Below, piece after piece: positions 1 through 14,900 of a stretch of 64,000 bases of DNA. The notes beneath the pieces were generated by a model. That model did not search any database, had not been told where the DNA came from, and was given only the letters and a program-made list of their open reading frames with translations. The DNA is from Squalus acanthias. Lineage: Eukaryota. Position 1 is the first letter of the stretch. Each line of letters opens with the position of its first letter. The DNA is taken from positions 186,001-250,000 of the forward strand of contig JASTWF010000330.1 of the NCBI GenBank assembly GCA_030390025.1, given 5' to 3'. The translations under genes were made by a program, and so were the position numbers.

Positions 1-2280
1 CGTAACGTCTCTGAAGCCGAGAATCACTTTGTCCCTTTACAGTGAGTCTACTATCCCATTTGAGAGTTCAATATTTAAACCCTTTTCCAGTGGTATTTCC
101 TTTAAGGTTTTCTGCTGATGTAAGCTAATTATCTCCAGTCATTTTTCTGCTGACCCCTGCAATTTTAATCACCTCAGCTGGTAGCATTACACGATTATGT
201 CTCTTCTCTAGGTGTTCTAAGTTTACCCTAAAAAACGGTGTGTTTTTTTATTTGATGTCATTTTTACGAAGGCAGATGTTTGTGCTTCTTTACGAAGTGT
301 AAATTAGAACATCTTGTAATAGGGTGGGTGAGCCATTGTCTTGTTCCCAAAGCCTTTAACCTTCTGTTTCAATAAAGTTATTGATTCAGTGTCAACAACC
401 GTCTTATCTCGATAGCCAGAATGTTTTCACAGCTTTTTCATAGTTAGGTTTCTAGATTTCCAAACCCAGTTTGTCATGTTATAATAAGGCCAGAATTCTT
501 TCATAGAATGTTGTATTTTTCTGAATGGGTTATATGGCTTATTCCTTCACACTCCAATCAGACACTAACTTCAACTACACCCAGTCACTGCATCTTACAC
601 CACTCACTCACTGCATCTCAGTGCGACAGTGACTGCATCCCACTCACTTCAATCGTTATATCCCACTCCCCTCATTCTCCTCATTCCACTCCCCTCATTC
701 TCCTCATCCCACTCCCCTCAGTCTCCTCATCCCACTCCCCTCAGTCTCCTCATCTCACTCCCCTCGGTCTCCTCATCTCACTCCCCTCAGTCTCCTCATC
801 CCACTCCCCTCAGTCTCCTCATCTCACTCCCCTCGGTCTCCTCATCTCACTCCCCTCAGTCTCCTCATTCCACTCCCCTCAGTCTCCTCATTCCACTCCC
901 CTCAGTCTCCTCATCCCACTCCCCTCAGTCTCCTCATCCCACTCCCCTCAGTCTCCTCATCCCACTCCCCTCAGTCCCCTCATCGCACTCCCCTCAGTCT
1001 CCTCACACCACTCCCCTCAGTCCCCTCATCCCACTCCCCTCAGTCTCCTCATCCCACTCCGCTCAGTCTCCTCATCCCACTCCCCTCGGTCTCCTCATCC
1101 CACTGCCCTGATTCTCCTCATCCCACTCCCCTTGGTCTCCTCATCCCACTCCCCTCGGTCTCCTCATCCCACTTCCCTCAGTCTCCTCTTCCCACTCCCC
1201 TCAGTCTCCTCATCCCACTCCCCTCAGTCTCCTCGTCCCACTCCCCTCAGTCTCCTCATCCTTCCCCCCTCAGTCTCCTCATCCCTCCCCCCTCAGTCTC
1301 CTCTTCCCACTCCCTCAGTCTCCTCATCCCACTCCCCTCAGTCTCCTCATCCCACTCCCCTCAGTCTCCTCATCCCACTCCCCTCAGTCTCCTCATCCCA
1401 CTCCCCTCAGTCTCCTCATCCCACTCCCCAGTCTCCTCATCCCACTCCCGAGTCTCCTCATCCCACTTCCCTGTGTGTGTCCTATCCCACTGCCCGCCCT
1501 ATTTTTACTCCACATCCCTCAGTTGCCTCATCTGACTCGCTCACTGTCTGGAACGGACATCCCTCACTCAAGACATCCTACTCCCCTCAGTCTCCTCATC
1601 CCACTTCCGGCAGTCTCCTCATCCCACTCCCTTCAGCCTCCTCCTCCCACTCCCCTCAGTCTCCTCATCCCACTTCCGGCAGTCTCCTCATCCCACTCCC
1701 TTCAGTCTCCTCCTCCCACTCCCCTCAGTTTCATCATCCCACTCGCCTCAGTCTCCTCATCCCGCTACCGCCAGTCTCCTCATCCTACTCCCTTCGGTCT
1801 CCTCACCCCACTCCCCTCAGCGTCCTTTACCCACACCCCTTAGTCTCCTCATCCCACTCCCGCCAGTCTCCTCTCTCCCACTCCCCTCAGTCTCCTCATT
1901 CAACTCCCGCCAGTCTCCTCTCTCCCACTCCCCTCAGTCTCCGCATCCCACTCCCCTCAGCGTCCCCCACCTATTCCCCTCAGTCTCCTCATCCCACTCC
2001 CCAAAGTCTCCTCATCCCACTCCCCTCAGTCTCCTCATCCCTCTCCACTCAGTCTCCTCATCCCACTCCCCGCAGTCTCCTCATCCCACGACCCTGAGTG
2101 TCCTCATTCCACTCTCCTTTAATGTCCTCATCCAACTTCCCTCAATCTCCTCATCCCAGTCTATTCCTTCACGAAGACCCCTTCTCTCTGTAAGAGACCG
2201 GATGAATCTCCTTGTCTTGGCTTTTCAGGAGTCACATTGGGTGAACAGTCTGCAAAGCACGGACCGCACAATGCAGATAC

Positions 2281-2376
2281 CTGGGCCTGCAGACCCTGCT
2301 GGGATTGTGGATGAAGGATCAGCAGATTCTTGAGTTGATTGTTCCTCGGGTTCCTGAGTTTTAGATGTCTCTGCAT
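2281..2376 (-). CDS. Putative exon, type B1, 96 nt: DAETSKTQEPEEQSTQESADPSSTIPAGSAGP
   Basis: Acceptor ctctctttcttcattaaag, donor CAG|GTATCT, phase 1-1, open. Confidence 0.68.
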
Positions 2377-3531
2377 CTTTAATGAAGAAAGAGAGTCATA
2401 GGTGAGTGCAGATTGGGGATTACCAAACAGGTCATCAGGCTGGTATTAGAGGTCGGAGGATGTCAGACACCAGTCTTTATATAAACCATAATCATCCAAT
2501 TGCACTCCTTTCAGTAACTGAATCCCACAATCCATAGTCAAAGCATCCCATTACCCTCAGTCACTGCGTCCCATTCACCTCAGTCACTGCATACCGATGC
2601 CCTCATTCACTGCATCACATACCAGTCAAACACTCCAACCCACTCCAATCAGTCAATAATTTCAACTACACTCAGACACTGCATACCAATCCCCTCAGTC
2701 ACTGCATCCCACTCCCTTCAGTCTCTACATCACACCCACTTCAATCACTGCATCCCAATCACCTCAAACATTTCCCCGAAACACTACGAAGACACCCCTC
2801 AGCAAATTCATTCCAATCCCCTCAGTCACTGCAAACCACTCCCTTCAATCATTAAACCCAATCTGCTGAGTTTCCTCATCCCACTTCCCTCAGTCCCCTC
2901 ATCCCACTCCCCTCGGTCTCCTCATCCAACTGCCATCTGTCTCCTCATCCAACTGCCCTCAGTCTCCTCACCCCACTTCCCTCAGTATCCGCATTCTACT
3001 CCCCTCAGTCATCTGATCCCACTCCCCAAAGTCTCCGCATCCCACTCCCCTCAGTCTCCGCATCCCACACCCCTCCGTCTCTTCATGACACACCCTCAGT
3101 CGCCTCATCCCACTCTCCTCAGTCTCCTCATCCCACTCCGTTCAGTCTCTCATCCCACTCCCCTCTGTCTCCTTTCCCACTCCCCTCAGTCTCCTCATCC
3201 CACGCCCCTCAGTCTCCTCATTCAACTCCACTCATTATCCTCATCCCACTCCCCTCTGTCTCCTCATCCCACTCCCCTCAGTCTCCTCATCCCACTGCCC
3301 TCTGTCTCCTCAACCCACTCCCCTCTGTCTCCTCATCCCACTCCCCACAGTCTCCTCATCCCACTCCCCTCGTTGTCCTCATCCCACTCCCCTCACTCTC
3401 CTCATCCCAGTCCATTCCTTCACTAAGACCCCTTCTCTCTGTAAGAGACTGGATGAATCTCCTTGTCTTGGCTTTTCAGGAGACACATTGGGTGAACAGT
3501 CTGCAAATCATGGAGCCCACAAGGCAGATAC

Positions 3532-3627
3532 CTGGGCCTGCAGACCCTGCTGGGATTGTGGATGAAGGATCAGCAGATTCTTGAGTTGATTGTTCCTCGG
3601 GTTCCTGAGTTTTGGATGTCTCTGCAT
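3532..3627 (-). CDS. Putative exon, type B2, 96 nt: DAETSKTQEPEEQSTQESADPSSTIPAGSAGP
   Basis: Acceptor ...cattaaag, donor CAG|GTATCT, phase 1-1, open. Confidence 0.68.
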
Positions 3628-6600
3628 CTTTAATGAAGAAAGAGAGTCATAGGTGAGTGCAGATTGGGGATTACCCAAACAGGTCATCAGGCTGGTATGA
3701 GAGTACGAAGGATGTCAGACACCACTCTACATATAAACCATAATCATCCAATTGCACTCCTTTCAGTAACTGAATCCCACGATCCATAGTCAAAGCATTC
3801 CATTCCCCTCAGTCATTGCGTCCCATTCCCCTCAGTCACTGCATACCGCTGCCCTCATTCACTGCAGGACATTCCTGTCAAACACTCCAACCCACTCCAA
3901 TGAGTCACTAATTTCAACTACACTCAGACACTGCATACCACTCCCCTCAGTCACTGCATCCCACTCCCTTCAATCATTAAACCCAATCTGCTGATTCTCC
4001 TCATCCCACTCCCCTCAGTCTCCTCATCCAACTTCCCTCAGTCCCCTCATCCCACTCCCCTCAGTCTCCTCATCCAAATGCCCTCAGTCTCCTCATCCAA
4101 CTCCCCTCAGTCTCCTCATTCCACTCCCCTCAGTCTCCTCACCCCACTCTCCTCAGTCTCCGCATCCCACTCCCCTCAGTCATCTGATCCCACTCCCCAA
4201 ATTCTCCACATCCCAGTCCCCTCATCTCCACATCCCACTCCCCTCATCTCCTCATCCCACTCCCCTCAGTCTCCACATCCCACCCCCTCCGTCTCTTCAT
4301 AACACACCCTCAGACGCCTCATCCCATTCTCCTCAGTCTCCTCATCCCACTCCACTCATTCTCCTCATCCCACTCCCCTCAGTCTCCTCATTCAACTACA
4401 CTCATTATCCTCATCCCACTCCCCTCTGTCTTCTCATCCCACTCCCCTCTGTCTCCTCATCCCACTCCCCTCAGTCTCCTCATCCCATTCCCCATAGTCT
4501 CCTCATTCCACTACCCACAGTCTCCTCATCCCACTCCCAACAATCTCCTCAACCCACTCACCACAGTCTCATCATCCCACTCCCCAAAGTCTCCTCATCC
4601 CACTCCCCTCAGTCACCTCAAAACACTCCCCTCAGTCTCCTCATCCCACTCCCCTCAGTCTCCTCATCCCACTCCCCTCAGTCTCCTCATCCTACTCCCC
4701 ACAGTCTCCTCTTAACACTCCCCTCGGTGTCCTCTTCCCACTCCCCTCACTCTCCTCATCACACACCCCACAGTCTCTTCATGCCACTCCTCTCAGTCTC
4801 CTCTTTCCACTCCTCTCAGTCTCCTCATACCACTCCCCAGTCTCCTCATCGCACTCTCCAGTCTCCTCAAACCACTCCCCACAGTGTCCTCATCCCACTC
4901 CCCACAATCTCTTCATCGCACTCCCAACAGTCTCCGCATCCCACTCCCCTAAGTCTCATCATCCGACTCCCCAAAGTCTCCTCATCCCACTCCACAGTCT
5001 CCTCATCCCACTCCCCTCAATCTCCTCACCCAACTCCCCTCAGTCTCCTCATCCCACTCCCCTCAGTCTCCACATCCCACACCTCACAGTCTCCTCATCC
5101 CCCTCCCCTCAGTCTCCTCATCCCACTCCCCTCAGTCTCCTCATTGCACTCCCCTCAGTCTACTCATCCCACTCCCTGCGGTGTCTTCGTCCCACTACCC
5201 TCAGTCTCCTCATCCCACTCCCCACAGTCTCCTCAACACACTCCCAACAGTCTCCTCATCCCACTCCCCTCAGTCTCCTCATCCCACTCCCCACAGTCTA
5301 CTCTTCCCACTCCCCTCGGTGTCCTCATCCCACTCCCCTCACTCTCCTCATCCCACACCCCTCAGTCTCTTCATGCCACTCCTCTCAGTCTCCTCTTCCC
5401 ACTCCTCTCAGTCTCCTCATCCCACTCCCCTCAGTCTCCACATCCCACACCTCACAGTCTCCTCATCCCCCTCCCCTCAGTCTCCTCATCCCACTACCCA
5501 CAGTCACCTCATCACACTCCCCTCAGTCTCCTCATCCCACTCCCCTCAGTCTCCTCATTGCACTCCCCACAGTCTACTCATCCCACTCCCTGCGGTGTCT
5601 TCGTCCCACTACCCTCAGTCTCCTCATCCCACTCCCCACATGCTCCTCATCCCACTCCCCACAGTCTCCTCAACACACTCCCAACAGTCTCCTCATCCCA
5701 CTCCCCTCAGTCTCCTCATCCCACACCCCTCAGTCTCTTCATGCCACTCCTCTCAGTCTCCTCTTCCCACTCCTCTCAGTCTCCTCATCCCACTCCCCAG
5801 TCTCCTCATCGCACTACCCAGTCTCCTCAAACCACTCCCCACAGTCTCCTAATCCCACTCCCCACAATCTCATCATCCCACTCCAAACAGTCTCCGCATC
5901 CGACTCCCCTCAGTCTCCTCAACCCACTCCCCTCAGTCTGCTCATCCCACACCCCTCAGTCTCCACATCCCACACCTCACAGTCTCCTCATCCCATTCCC
6001 CTCAGTCTCCTCATCCCACTACCCACAGTCTCCTCATCACACTACCCACAGTCTCCTCATCACAATCCCCTCATTCTCCTCATCCCACTACCCACAGTCT
6101 CCTCATCCCATTCCCCTCAGTCTCCTCATCCCACTACCCACAGTCTCCTCATCACAATCCCCTCAGTCTCCTCATCCCACTCCCCTCAGTCTCCTCATCC
6201 CACTCCCCTCAGTCTCCTCATCCCACTCCCCTCAGTCTCCTCATCCCACTCCCCTCAGTCTACTCATCCCACTCCCCACAGTCTCATCATCCCACTCGCC
6301 TCGGTGTCCTCATCCCTCTCCTCTCAGTCTCCTCATCCCACTCCCCACAGTCTCCTCAACACACTACCAACAGTCTCCTCATCCCACTCCCCTCAGTCTC
6401 CTCATCCCACTCCACTCATTCTCCTCATCCCACTCCCCAGTCTCCTCATCCCGCTCCCCAGTCTCCTCATCCCACTCCACAAAGTCCTCTCACCCCACTC
6501 CCCTCAGCTCCTCATCCCACTCCCCTCAGTCTCCCCATCCCACACCTCACAGTCTCGTCATCCCACTCCCTTCAGTCTCCTCATCCCACTCACCTCAGTC

Positions 6601-7729
6601 TCCTCATCCCACTCTCCTCAGTCTCCTCATCCCACTCCCAACAGTCTCCTCTACCCACTCCCCACAGTCCCCTCATCCCACTCCCCACAGTCTCCTCATC
6701 CCACTCACCACAGTCTCCTCATCCCACTCCCTTCAGTCTCCTCATCCCACTCCCTTCAGTCTCCTCATCCCACTCCCCTCAGTCTCCTCATCCCACTCTC
6801 CTCAGTCTCCTCATCTCACTCCCAACAGTCTCCTCATCCCACTCCCCACAGTACCTCATCCCACTCACCACAGTCTCCTCATTCCACTCCCTTCAGTCTC
6901 CTCATCCCACTCCCCTCAGTCTCCTCATCCCACTCTCCTCAGTCTCCTCATCCCACTCCCAACAGTCTCCTCATCCCACTCCCCACAGTCTCCTCATCCC
7001 ACTCACCACAGTCTCCTCATCCCACTCCCAACTGTCTCCTCATCCGACTACCCATAGTCTCCTCATCACACTCCCCTCAATCTCCTCATCCCACTCCCCA
7101 CGGTGTCTTCATCCCACTCCTCTCAGTCTCCTCATCCCACCCCCCAGTCTCCTCAACCCACTCCCAACAGTCTCCTCATCCCACTCCCCTCAGTCTCCTC
7201 ATCCCACTCCACTCATTCTCCTCATCCCACTCCACAAAGTCCCCTCACCCCACTCCCCTCAGTCTCCTCATCCCACTCCCCTCAATCTCCCCATCCCACA
7301 CCTTACAGTCTCCTCATCCCACTCCCTTCAGTCTCCTCATCCCACTCCCCTCAGTCTCCTCATCCCACTCTCCTCAGTCTTCTCATTCCACTCCCAACAG
7401 TCTCCTCATCCCACTCCCCACACTCCCCTCATCCCACTCCCCACAGTCTCCTCATCCCACTCACCACAGTCTCCTCATCCCACTCCCAACTGTCTCCTCA
7501 TCCCACTCACCACAGTCTCCTCATCCCATTCCCTTCAGTCTCCCCATCCCACACCCCTCAGTCTCCTCATCCCACTCTCCTCAGTCTCCTCATCCGACTC
7601 CCAACATTCTCCTCATCCCACTCACCAGTCTCCTCATCCCACTCCCCACAGTCTCCTCATCCCACTCACCACAGTCTCCTCATCCCACTCCCCTCAGTCT
7701 CCCCATCCCACACCTCACAGTCTCCTCAT

Positions 7730-8930
7730 CCCACTCCCTTCAGTCTCCTCATCCCACTCCCCTCAGTCTCCTCATCCCACTCTCCTCAGTCTCTCATTCC
7801 ACTCCCACAGTCTCCTCATCCCACTCCCCACACTCCCCTCATCCCACTCCCCACAGTCTCCTCATCCCACTCACCACAGTCTCCTCATCCCACTCCCAAC
7901 TGTCTCCTCATCCCACTCACCACAGTCTCATCATCCCACTCTCCACAGTCTCCTCATCCCATTCCCTTCAGTCTCCTCATCCCACACCCCTCAGTCTCCT
8001 CATCCCACTCTCCTCAGTCTCCTCATCCCACTCCCAACATTCTCCTCATCCCACTCACCACAGTCTCCTCATCCCACTCCCCACAGTCTCCTCATCCCAC
8101 TCACCACAGTCTCCTCATCCCACTCCCAACTGTCTCCTCATCACACTCACCACAGTCTCATCCACCCACTCCCACTTGCCACAATCTCCTCATCCCACTC
8201 CCTTGTCTCCTCATCCCACTGCCCGCTGTCTCCTCATCCCACTCCACTAGTCTCCTCATCCCACACCCCTCAGTCTCCTCATCCCACTCCCTTCAGTATC
8301 GTCATCCCATTCCCCACAGTCTCCTCATCCCACTCCCTTCAGTCTCCTCATCCCACTCCCCTCAGTCTCCTCATCCCACTCTCCTCAGTCTTCTCATTCC
8401 ACTCCCAACAGTCTCCTCATCCCACTCCCCACACTCCCCTCATCCCACTCCCCACAGTCTCCTCATCCCACTCACCACAGTCTCCTCATCCCACTCCCAA
8501 CTGTCTCCTCATCCCACTCACCACAGTCTCATCATCCCACTCTCCACAGTCTCCTCATCCCATTCCCTTCAGTCTCCTCATCCCACACCCCTCAGTCTCC
8601 TCATCCCACTCTCCTCAGTCTCCTCATCCCACTCCCAACATTCTCCTCATCCCACTCACCACAGTCTCCTCATCCCACTCCCCACAGTCTCCTCATCCCA
8701 CTCACCACAGTCTCCTCATCCCACTCCCAACTGTCTCCTCATCACACTCACCACAGTCTCATCCACCCACTCCCACTTGCCACAATCTCCTCATCCCACT
8801 CCCTTGTCTCCTCATCCCACTGCCCGCTGTCTCCTCATCCCACTCCACTAGTCTCCTCATCCCACACCCCTCAGTCTCCTCATCCCACTCCCCTCAGTAT
8901 CGTCATCCCATTCCCCACAGTCTCCTCATC
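7730..8930. repeat. 601-bp higher-order tandem duplication within the minisatellite
   Basis: Marker tccacccactcccacttgccacaatc at 8161 and 8762; two ORFs with identical C-termini end at 8250 and 8851; boundaries approximate. Confidence 0.8.
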
Positions 8931-11900
8931 ACACTCCCCTCAGTCTCCTCATCTCACTCACCTCGGTCTCCTCATCTCACTCCCCTCAGTCTCCTCATTC
9001 CACTCCCCTCAGTCTCCTCATACCACTCCCCTCAGTCTCCTCATCCCACTCCCCTCAGTCTACTCATCCCACTCCCCTCAGTTCCCTCATCACACTCCCC
9101 TCAGTCTCCTCACCCCACTCCCCTCAGTCCCCTCATCACAATCCCCTCGGTCTCCTCATCCCACTCCCCTCAGTCCCCTCATCCCACTCCCCTCGGTCTC
9201 CTCATCCCACTCCCCTCAGTCTCCTCATCCCACTCCCCTCAGTCTCCTCAACCCACTCCCCTCAGTCTCTTCATGCCACTCCTCTCAGTCTCCTCTTCCC
9301 ACTCCTCTCAGTCTCCTCATCCCACTCCCCAGTCTCCTCATCGCACTCCCCAGTCTCCTCAAACCACTCCCCGCAGTCTCCTCATCCCACTCCCCACAAT
9401 CTCATCATCCCACTCCAAACAGTCTCCGCATCCGACTCCCGTCAGTCTCCTCAACCCACTCCCCTCAGTCTGCTCATCCCACACCCCTCAGTCTCCACAT
9501 CCCACACCTCACAGTCTCCTCATCCCATTCCCCTCAGTCTCCTCCCACTCCCTGCGGTGTCCTCATCCCACTACCCTCAGTCTCCTCATCCCACTCCCCA
9601 CAGTCTCCTCATCCCACTCCCCTCGGTGTCCTCATCCCACTCCGCTCAGTCTCCTCATCCCACTTCCCTCAGTCTCCTCATCCCACTCCCCACAGTCTAC
9701 TCTTCCCACTCCCCTCGGTGTCCTCATCCCACTCCCCTCACTCTCCTCATCCCACACCCCTCAGTCTCTTCATGCCACTCTTCTCAGTCTCCTCTTCCCA
9801 CTCCTCTCAGTCTCCTCATCCCACTCCCCAGTCTACTCATCGCACTCCCCAGTCTCCTCAAACCACTCACCACAGTCTCCTCATCCCACTCCCCACAATC
9901 TCATCATCCCACTCCAAACAGTCTCCGCATCCCACTCCCCTCAGTCTCCTCAACCCACTCCCCTTATTCTGCTCATCCCACTCCCCTCAGTCTCCACATC
10001 CCACACCTCACAGTCTCCTCATCCCACTCCCCTCAGTCTCCTCATCGCACTACCCACAGTCTCCTCATCACACTCCCTTCAGTCTCTTCATCCCACTCCA
10101 CTCAGTCTCCTCATCCCACGCCCCTCAGTCGACTCATCCCACTCCCCGCGGTGTCCTGATCCCACTCCCCTCAGTCTCCTCATCCCACTCCCCTCAGTCT
10201 TCTCATCCCACTCCCCTCAGTCTCCTCATCCCACTCCCCTCAGTCTCCTCTTCCCACTCCCCTCAGTCTCCTCATCCCACTCCCCACAGTCTCCTCATCC
10301 CACTCCCCTCGGTGTACTGATCCCTCTCCTCTCAGTCTCCTCATCCCATTTCCCCCAGTCTCCTCAACCCACTCCCAACAGTCTCCTTATCCCACTCCCC
10401 TCAGTCTCCTCATCCCACTCCCTCAGTCTCCTCATCCACTCCCTCAGTCTCCTCATCCCACTCCCCTCAGTCTCCTCATCCCAGCTCCCTCAGTCTCCTC
10501 ATCCCACTCCCCTCAGTCTCCTCATCCCATTCCCCTCAGTCTCCTCATCCCAATCCCCTCAGTCTCCTCATCCCACTCCCCTCAGTCTCCTCATCCCACT
10601 CCCCTCAGTCTCCTCATCCCACAGCCCTCAGTCTCCTCATCCCACTCCCCTCAGTCGCTCATCCCACTCCCCTCAGTCTCCTCATCCCACTCCCCTCAGT
10701 CTCCTCATCCCACTCCCCTCAGTCTCTCATCCTCACTCCCCTCAGTCTCCTCATCCCACTCCCTCAGTCTCCTCATCCCCACTCCCCTCAGTTTCCTCAT
10801 CCCACTCCCCTCAGTCTCCTCATCTCACTCCCCTCAGTCTCCTCATCTCCACTCCCCTCAGTCTCCTCATCCCACTCCCCTCATTCTCCTCATCCCACTC
10901 CCCTCAGTCTCCTCATCCCTCTCCTCTCAGTCTCCTCATCCCACTCCCCACAGTCTCCTCAGCCCACTCCCAACAGTCTCCTCATCCCACTCCCCTCAGT
11001 CCCCTCATCCCACTCCACTCATTCCCCTCATCCCACTCCCATGTCTCCTCATCCCGCTACCCAGTCTCCTCATCCCACTCCACAAAGTCCCCTCACCCCA
11101 CTCCCCTCAGCTCCTCATCCCACTCCCCTCAGTCTCCTCATCCCACTCCCCACAGTCTCCTCAACCCACTCCCAACAGTCTCCTCATCCCACTTCCCAGT
11201 CTCCTCATCCCACTCCCAACTGTCTCCTCATCCCACTCACCACAGTCTCATCATCCCACTCTCCTCAGTCTCCTCATCCCACTCCCAACAGTCTCCTCAT
11301 CCCACTCCCCACAGTCTCCTCATCCCACTCCCCACAGTCTCCTCATCCCACTCCCCACAGTCTCCTCATCCCACTCACCACAGTCTCCTCATCCCACTCC
11401 CTCAGTACTCCTCATCCACTCCCCTCAGTCTCCTCATCCACTCCCCTCAGTCCTCCCATCCCACTCCCTCAGTCTCACATCCCACTCCCCTCAGTCGTCC
11501 TCATCCCACTCCCCTCAGTCTACTCATGCCAATCCCCTCAGTCTACTCATCCCACTCCCCAGTCTCCTCATCCCACACCCCTCAGTGTCCTGATCCCACA
11601 CCCATCAGTCTTCTCATCCCACTCCCCTCAGTCTCCTCATCGCCTCTCCCCTCAGTTCCTCATCCCACTCCCTCAGTCTCCTCATCCACTCCCCACAGTC
11701 TCCTCAACCACACCCCTCAGTCTCGATCGCCACTCCCCTCAGTCTCCTCATCCAATCCCCTCAGTCTCCTCATCCCCTCCCCTCAGTCCTCCTCATCCCA
11801 CTCCCCTAAGTCTCCTCATCCCACTCCCCTCAGTCTCCTCATCCCACTCCCCTCAGTCTCCTCATCCCACTCCCTCAGTCTCCACATCCCAATCCCCTCA

Positions 11901-14900
11901 GTTCTCCTCATCCCACTCCCCTCAGGCTCCTCATCCCTCTCCTCTCAGTCTCCTCATCCCACTCCCCACAGTCTCCTCAACCCACTCCCAACAGTCTCCT
12001 CATCCCACTCCCCTCAGTCTCCTCATCCCACTCCACTCATTCCCCTCATCCCACTTCCATGTCTCCTCATCCTGCTCCTCAGTCTCCTCATCCCACTCCC
12101 CACAGTCTCCTCTTCCCTCTCCCCTCAGTCTCCTCATCCCACTACCCACAGTCTCCTCATCACAATCCCCTCAGTCTCCTCATCCCACTCCCCTCAGTCT
12201 CCTCATCCCACTCCCCTCAGTCTACTCATCCCACTCCCCGCGGTGTCCTCATCCCACTCCCCTCAGTCTCCTCATCCCACTCCCCACAGTCTCAACATCC
12301 CACTCGCCTCTGTGTCCTCATCCCTCTCCTCTCATCTCCTCAGTCCCAATATCCCAACAGTCTCCTCACCCTCCCCTCCTCACACTCCCCTCAGTCTCCT
12401 CATCCCACTTCCCTCAGTCTCCTCATCCCACTCCCCTCAGTCTCCTCTTCCCACTCCCCTCAGTCTCCTCATCCCACTCCCCTCAGTCTCCTCATCCCAC
12501 TCCCTCATCTCCTCATCCCACTCCCCTCAGTCTCCTCATCCCACTCCCCTCAGTCTCCTCATCCCACTCCCCTCAGTCTCCTCATCCCACTCCCCTCAGT
12601 CTCCTCATCCACTCCCCTCAGTCTCCTCATCCCACTCCCCTCAGTCTCTCATCCCACTCTCCTCAGTCTCCTCATCCCACTCCCCTCAGTCTCCTCATCC
12701 ACTCTCCTCAGTCTCTTCATCCCACTCCCCTCAGTCTCCTCATCCCACTCCCCTCAGTCTCCTCATCCCACTCCCTCAGTCTCCTCATTCCACTCCCCTC
12801 AGTCTCCTCATTCCACTCCCCTCAGTCTCCTCATCCCACTCCCTCGGTCTCCTCATCCCACTACCCTCAGTCTCCTCATCCACTCCCCTCAGTCTCCTCA
12901 TCCCACTCCCCTCAGTCTCCTCATCCCACTCCCCTCAGTCTCCTCATCCCACTCCCCTCAGTCTCCTCATCCCACTCCCTCAGTCTCCTCATCCCACTCC
13001 CCTCAGTCTCCTCATCCCACTCCCCTCAGTCTCCTCATCCCACTCCCTCAGTCTCCTCATCCCACTCCCTCAGTCTCCTCATCCCACTCCCCTCAGTCTC
13101 CTCATCCACTCCCCTCAGTCTCCTCATCCCACTCCCCTCAGTCTCCTCATCCCACTCCCCTCAGTCTCCTCATCCACTCCCCTCAGTCTCCTCATCCCAC
13201 TCCCCTCAGTCTCCTCATCCCACTCCCCTCAGTCTCCTCATCCCACTCCCTCAGTCTCCTCATCCCACTCCCCTCAGTCTCCTCATCCCACTCCCCTCAG
13301 TCTCCTCATCCCACTCCCCTCAGTCTCCTCATCCCACTCCCCTCAGTCTCCTCATCCCACTCCCCTCAGTCTCCTCATCCCACTCCCCATAGTCTCCTCA
13401 TCACACTCCCCTCAATCTCCTCATCCCACTCCCCACGGTGTCCTCATCCCACTCCTCTCAGTCTCCTCTTCCCACTCCCCAGTCTCCTCAACCCACTCCC
13501 AACAGTCTCCTCATCCCACTCCACTCATTCTCCTCATCCCACTCCACAAAGTCCCCTCACCCCACTCCCCTCAGTCTCCTCATCCCACTCCACAAAATCC
13601 CCTTATCCCACTCCCCTCAGTCTTCTCATCCCACTCCCCTCAGTCTCCCCATCCCACACCTCACAGTCTCCTCATCCCACTCCCTTCAGTCTCCTCATCC
13701 CACTCCCCTCAGTCTCCTCATCCCACTCTCCTCAGTCTTCTCATTCCACTCCCAACAGTCTCCTCATCCCACTCCCCACACTCCCCTCATCCCACTCCCC
13801 ACAGTCTCCTCATCCCACTCACCACAGTCTCCTCATCCCACTCCCAACTGTCTCCTCATCCCCCACACACACAGTCTCATCATCCCACTCCCTCAGTCTC
13901 CTCATCCCACTCCCTCAGTCTCTCATCCCACTCCCCTCAGTCTCCTCATCCCACTCCCCTCAGTCTCCTCATCCCACTCCCCTCAGTCTCCTCATCCACT
14001 CCCCTCAGTCTCCTCATCCCACTCCCCTCAGTCTCCTCATCCACTCACCCTCAGTCTCCTCATCCCACTCCCCTCAGTCTCCTCATCCCACTCCCCTCAG
14101 TCTCCTCATCCCACTCCCCTCAGTCTCCTCATCCACTCCCCTCAGTCTCCTCATCCCACTCCCCTCAGTCTCCTCATCCCACTCCCCTCAGTCTCCTCAT
14201 CCCACTCCCTCAGTCTCCTCATCCCACTCCCCTCAGTCTCCTCATCCACTCCCCTCAGTCTCCTCATCCCACTCCCTCAGTCTCCTCATCCACTCCCCTC
14301 AGTCTCCTCATCCCACTCCCCTCAGTCTCCTCATCCCACTCCCCTCAGTCTCCTCATCCCACTCCCCTCAGTCTCCTCATCCCACTCCCCTCAGTCACCT
14401 CATCCCTCTCCTCTCAGTCTCCTCATCCCACTCCCACAGTCTCCTCAACCCACTCCCACAGTCTTCCTCATCCCACTCCCCTCAGTCTCCTCATCCCACT
14501 CCACTCATTCCCCTTATCCCACTCCCATGTCTCCTCATCCCGCTCCCCAGTCTCCTCATCCCACTCCACAAAGTCCCCTCACCCCACTCCCCTCAGCTCC
14601 TCATCCCACTCCCCTCAGTCTCCTCATCCCACTCCCCACAGTCTCCTCAACCCACTCCCAACAGTCTCCTCATCCCACTTCCCACAGTCTCCTCATCCCA
14701 CTCCCAACTGTCTCCTCATCCCACTCACCACAGTCTCATCATCCCACTCTCCTCAGTCTCCTCATCCCACTCCCAACAGTCTCCTCATCCCACTCCCCAC
14801 AGTCTCCTCATCCCACTCACCAGTCTCCTCATCCTACTACCCATAGTCTCCACATCCCACTCCCCTCAGTCTCCTCATCCCACTCCCCTCAGTCTTCTCA

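Noticed and set aside
1470..1580. Locally divergent patch in the minisatellite as a possible micro-exon
   Set aside because: It still follows decayed 23-mer units, has no convincing polypyrimidine tract on the minus strand, and is not repeated elsewhere in the window.
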